DNA of 26,299 nucleotides, from the IMG/VR virus record IMGVR_UViG_3300023116_000290, positions 1 to 26,299 of that record. One strand, written 5' to 3'. The translations under genes and the position numbers were made by a program. Shown piece after piece: positions 25,242 through 26,299 of this stretch; position 1 is the stretch's first letter; each line of letters starts with the position of its first letter. The stretch is from a virus (Duplodnaviria; Caudoviricetes). The notes below the pieces were generated by a model that had not been told where the DNA came from, did not search any database, and worked only from the letters and a program-made list of their open reading frames with translations.

Positions 25242-25891
25242 TGTCTAACTATTTTAGAAAACTTCCAGAAATAGACTATCCATCTCTGTTAAACGATAGA
25301 CAGAGTAGTGGAGATACGGTTCGTGTCAAGAATCTTTGGCGCAGAACAAAGATCAGAGAAGACTTTTTTGGTAATTTCGTTCTTTTCACAAAATACAACG
25401 TTATTGGTGATGAAAGACCAGATAACGTTGCAGAAAAATATTACGGATCTGCAAGTCTTGATTGGTTGGTGTTGACAGCTAACAATATCATCGACATTAA
25501 AAATGATTGGCCAATGACTGAGTATGATCTTAATATCTACTTAAATGACAAATACACTCCTCAACAACTGGTAGAAATTCATCATTACGAAACCACGGAA
25601 TATCGTGATTTTTCAAATCAGTTGATTGTAAAAGGTGGTCAGATTGTAGATGAAAACTTTAAAGTAGACTATTTAAAAGGTGGTCAAGTTAGAACGGTGT
25701 CACCTATTAAGTCTGTATCTTATTTTGAATGGGAAGTACAAAAAAATAACGAAAAGCGTGTAATTGATCTTGTGAAAACAGAGTTCGTAGATAAGGTATT
25801 AAGAGACTTTGATGCGATTATGAAATATGGAAGATCTTCTCAATATGTCAACAATTCATTAAAAAAGACCGAAAATACAAGAATCGTATAA
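25241..25891 (+). CDS. gp53: Baseplate wedge subunit gp53
   Basis: MSNYFRKLP...ERPDNVAEKYYGSASLDWLVLTANNIID...WP...IHHYET...NNEKRVI. Confidence 0.92.
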   Translation: MSNYFRKLPEIDYPSLLNDRQSSGDTVRVKNLWRRTKIREDFFGNFVLFTKYNVIGDERPDNVAEKYYGSASLDWLVLTANNIIDIKNDWPMTEYDLNIYLNDKYTPQQLVEIHHYETTEYRDFSNQLIVKGGQIVDENFKVDYLKGGQVRTVSPIKSVSYFEWEVQKNNEKRVIDLVKTEFVDKVLRDFDAIMKYGRSSQYVNNSLKKTENTRIV

Positions 25892-25921
25892 CTTGCCATA
25901 TACCGCGCAGTATATGGCTAC

Positions 25922-25971
25922 AAAAAACTGGGGCTGACCCTGACAGGTCAAAAAGCCCCAGAATTTTTTTT
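25922..25971. terminator. Bidirectional intrinsic terminator between convergent genes
   Basis: A6, then CTGGGGCT (25928-35)...AGCCCCAG (25954-61), then a T8 tract. Inner stem TGACC/GGTCA. Confidence 0.75.
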
Positions 25972-25974
25972 CCG

Positions 25975-26184
25975 CTATTTTTGGAAACAAGTAGCGTTTT
26001 TGGTGGCCGGCACATCGTTCCAGTGTCTCACTACTCCAGCAACAATGAACATGTTGGTAATGAGATATGTAAGAAAAATGATCGTGCGAATGACAGCAAT
26101 GGTATCAGACTCACGATCACACTTAGAAGGTTTCTCACCTAACGATTTAGCCCACCATCGCCAGAAGGTGGGAGGTTTACTCAC
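25975..26184 (-). CDS. Small hypothetical membrane protein (69 aa)
   Basis: GTG start overlaps the gp32 stop (GTGA). One hydrophobic helix IAVIRTIIFLTYLITNMFIVAGVV. Confidence 0.7.
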   Translation of the reverse strand: MSKPPTFWRWWAKSLGEKPSKCDRESDTIAVIRTIIFLTYLITNMFIVAGVVRHWNDVPATKNATCFQK

Positions 26185-26299
26185 TCTTCAGCCAGTTTCT
26201 GGAAGTAGGACATAGCGTCATCCTCATCTTCATCACTGTAACCACCACCAACTGCAACAGGTTCACGGTTGAGGTTGTTCAGTTCACCACGGAGATCAT
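26181..26299 (-). CDS. gp32: C-terminus of single-stranded DNA binding protein gp32 (5' truncated)
   Basis: Translates ...GGGYSDEDEDDAMSYFQKLAEE*, the acidic tail typical of cyanophage gp32. Not in the ORF track. Confidence 0.82.
   Translation of the reverse strand, partial: DLRGELNNLNREPVAVGGGYSDEDEDDAMSYFQKLAEE

Noticed and set aside
1-26299. CRISPR array, introns, inteins or stop-codon reassignment
   Set aside because: No regularly spaced repeats seen, core genes are uninterrupted under the standard code, and no intein splice motifs were noticed.

Overview
This is part of a T4-like cyanomyovirus (Kyanoviridae-type) genome: it has T4 core baseplate and head genes, a phage-type CP12 and four tRNAs. 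From 1 to 10427 (minus strand) lies a tail fibre/spike cassette. It holds a truncated fibre with an Mtd_N-like N-terminus, two small structural proteins, a 520-aa protein with a gp37-like N-terminus, and a 2025-aa fibre ending in a Peptidase_S74 chaperone. From 10484 to 11469 there is a sigma70-type promoter and an operon of three small ORFs interleaved with tRNA-Gly, Leu, Thr and Pro. From 11480 to 22800 (minus) is the baseplate hub operon: gp54-like, gp26, gp51, a lysozyme/tape-measure-like pair, gp27-like, cp12, gp5 and a gp5-C-like protein. From 22838 to 25891 (plus) are gp4, gp2, gp48 and gp53, followed by a bidirectional terminator and the 3' end of gp32. The best candidate for something undescribed is a T-TTT-TTC slippery heptamer at the end of gp26. 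A -1 slip there fuses gp26 in frame to gp51, in the tail tube / chaperone / tape-measure position of the lambda G/GT and P2 E/E' frameshifts. Other leads are a tRNA overlapping the stop codon of a protein gene, a small protein ending in the clamp-binding motif QLSLF, and a structured spacer between two tRNAs. All family assignments come from motif recognition by eye; no searches were run.
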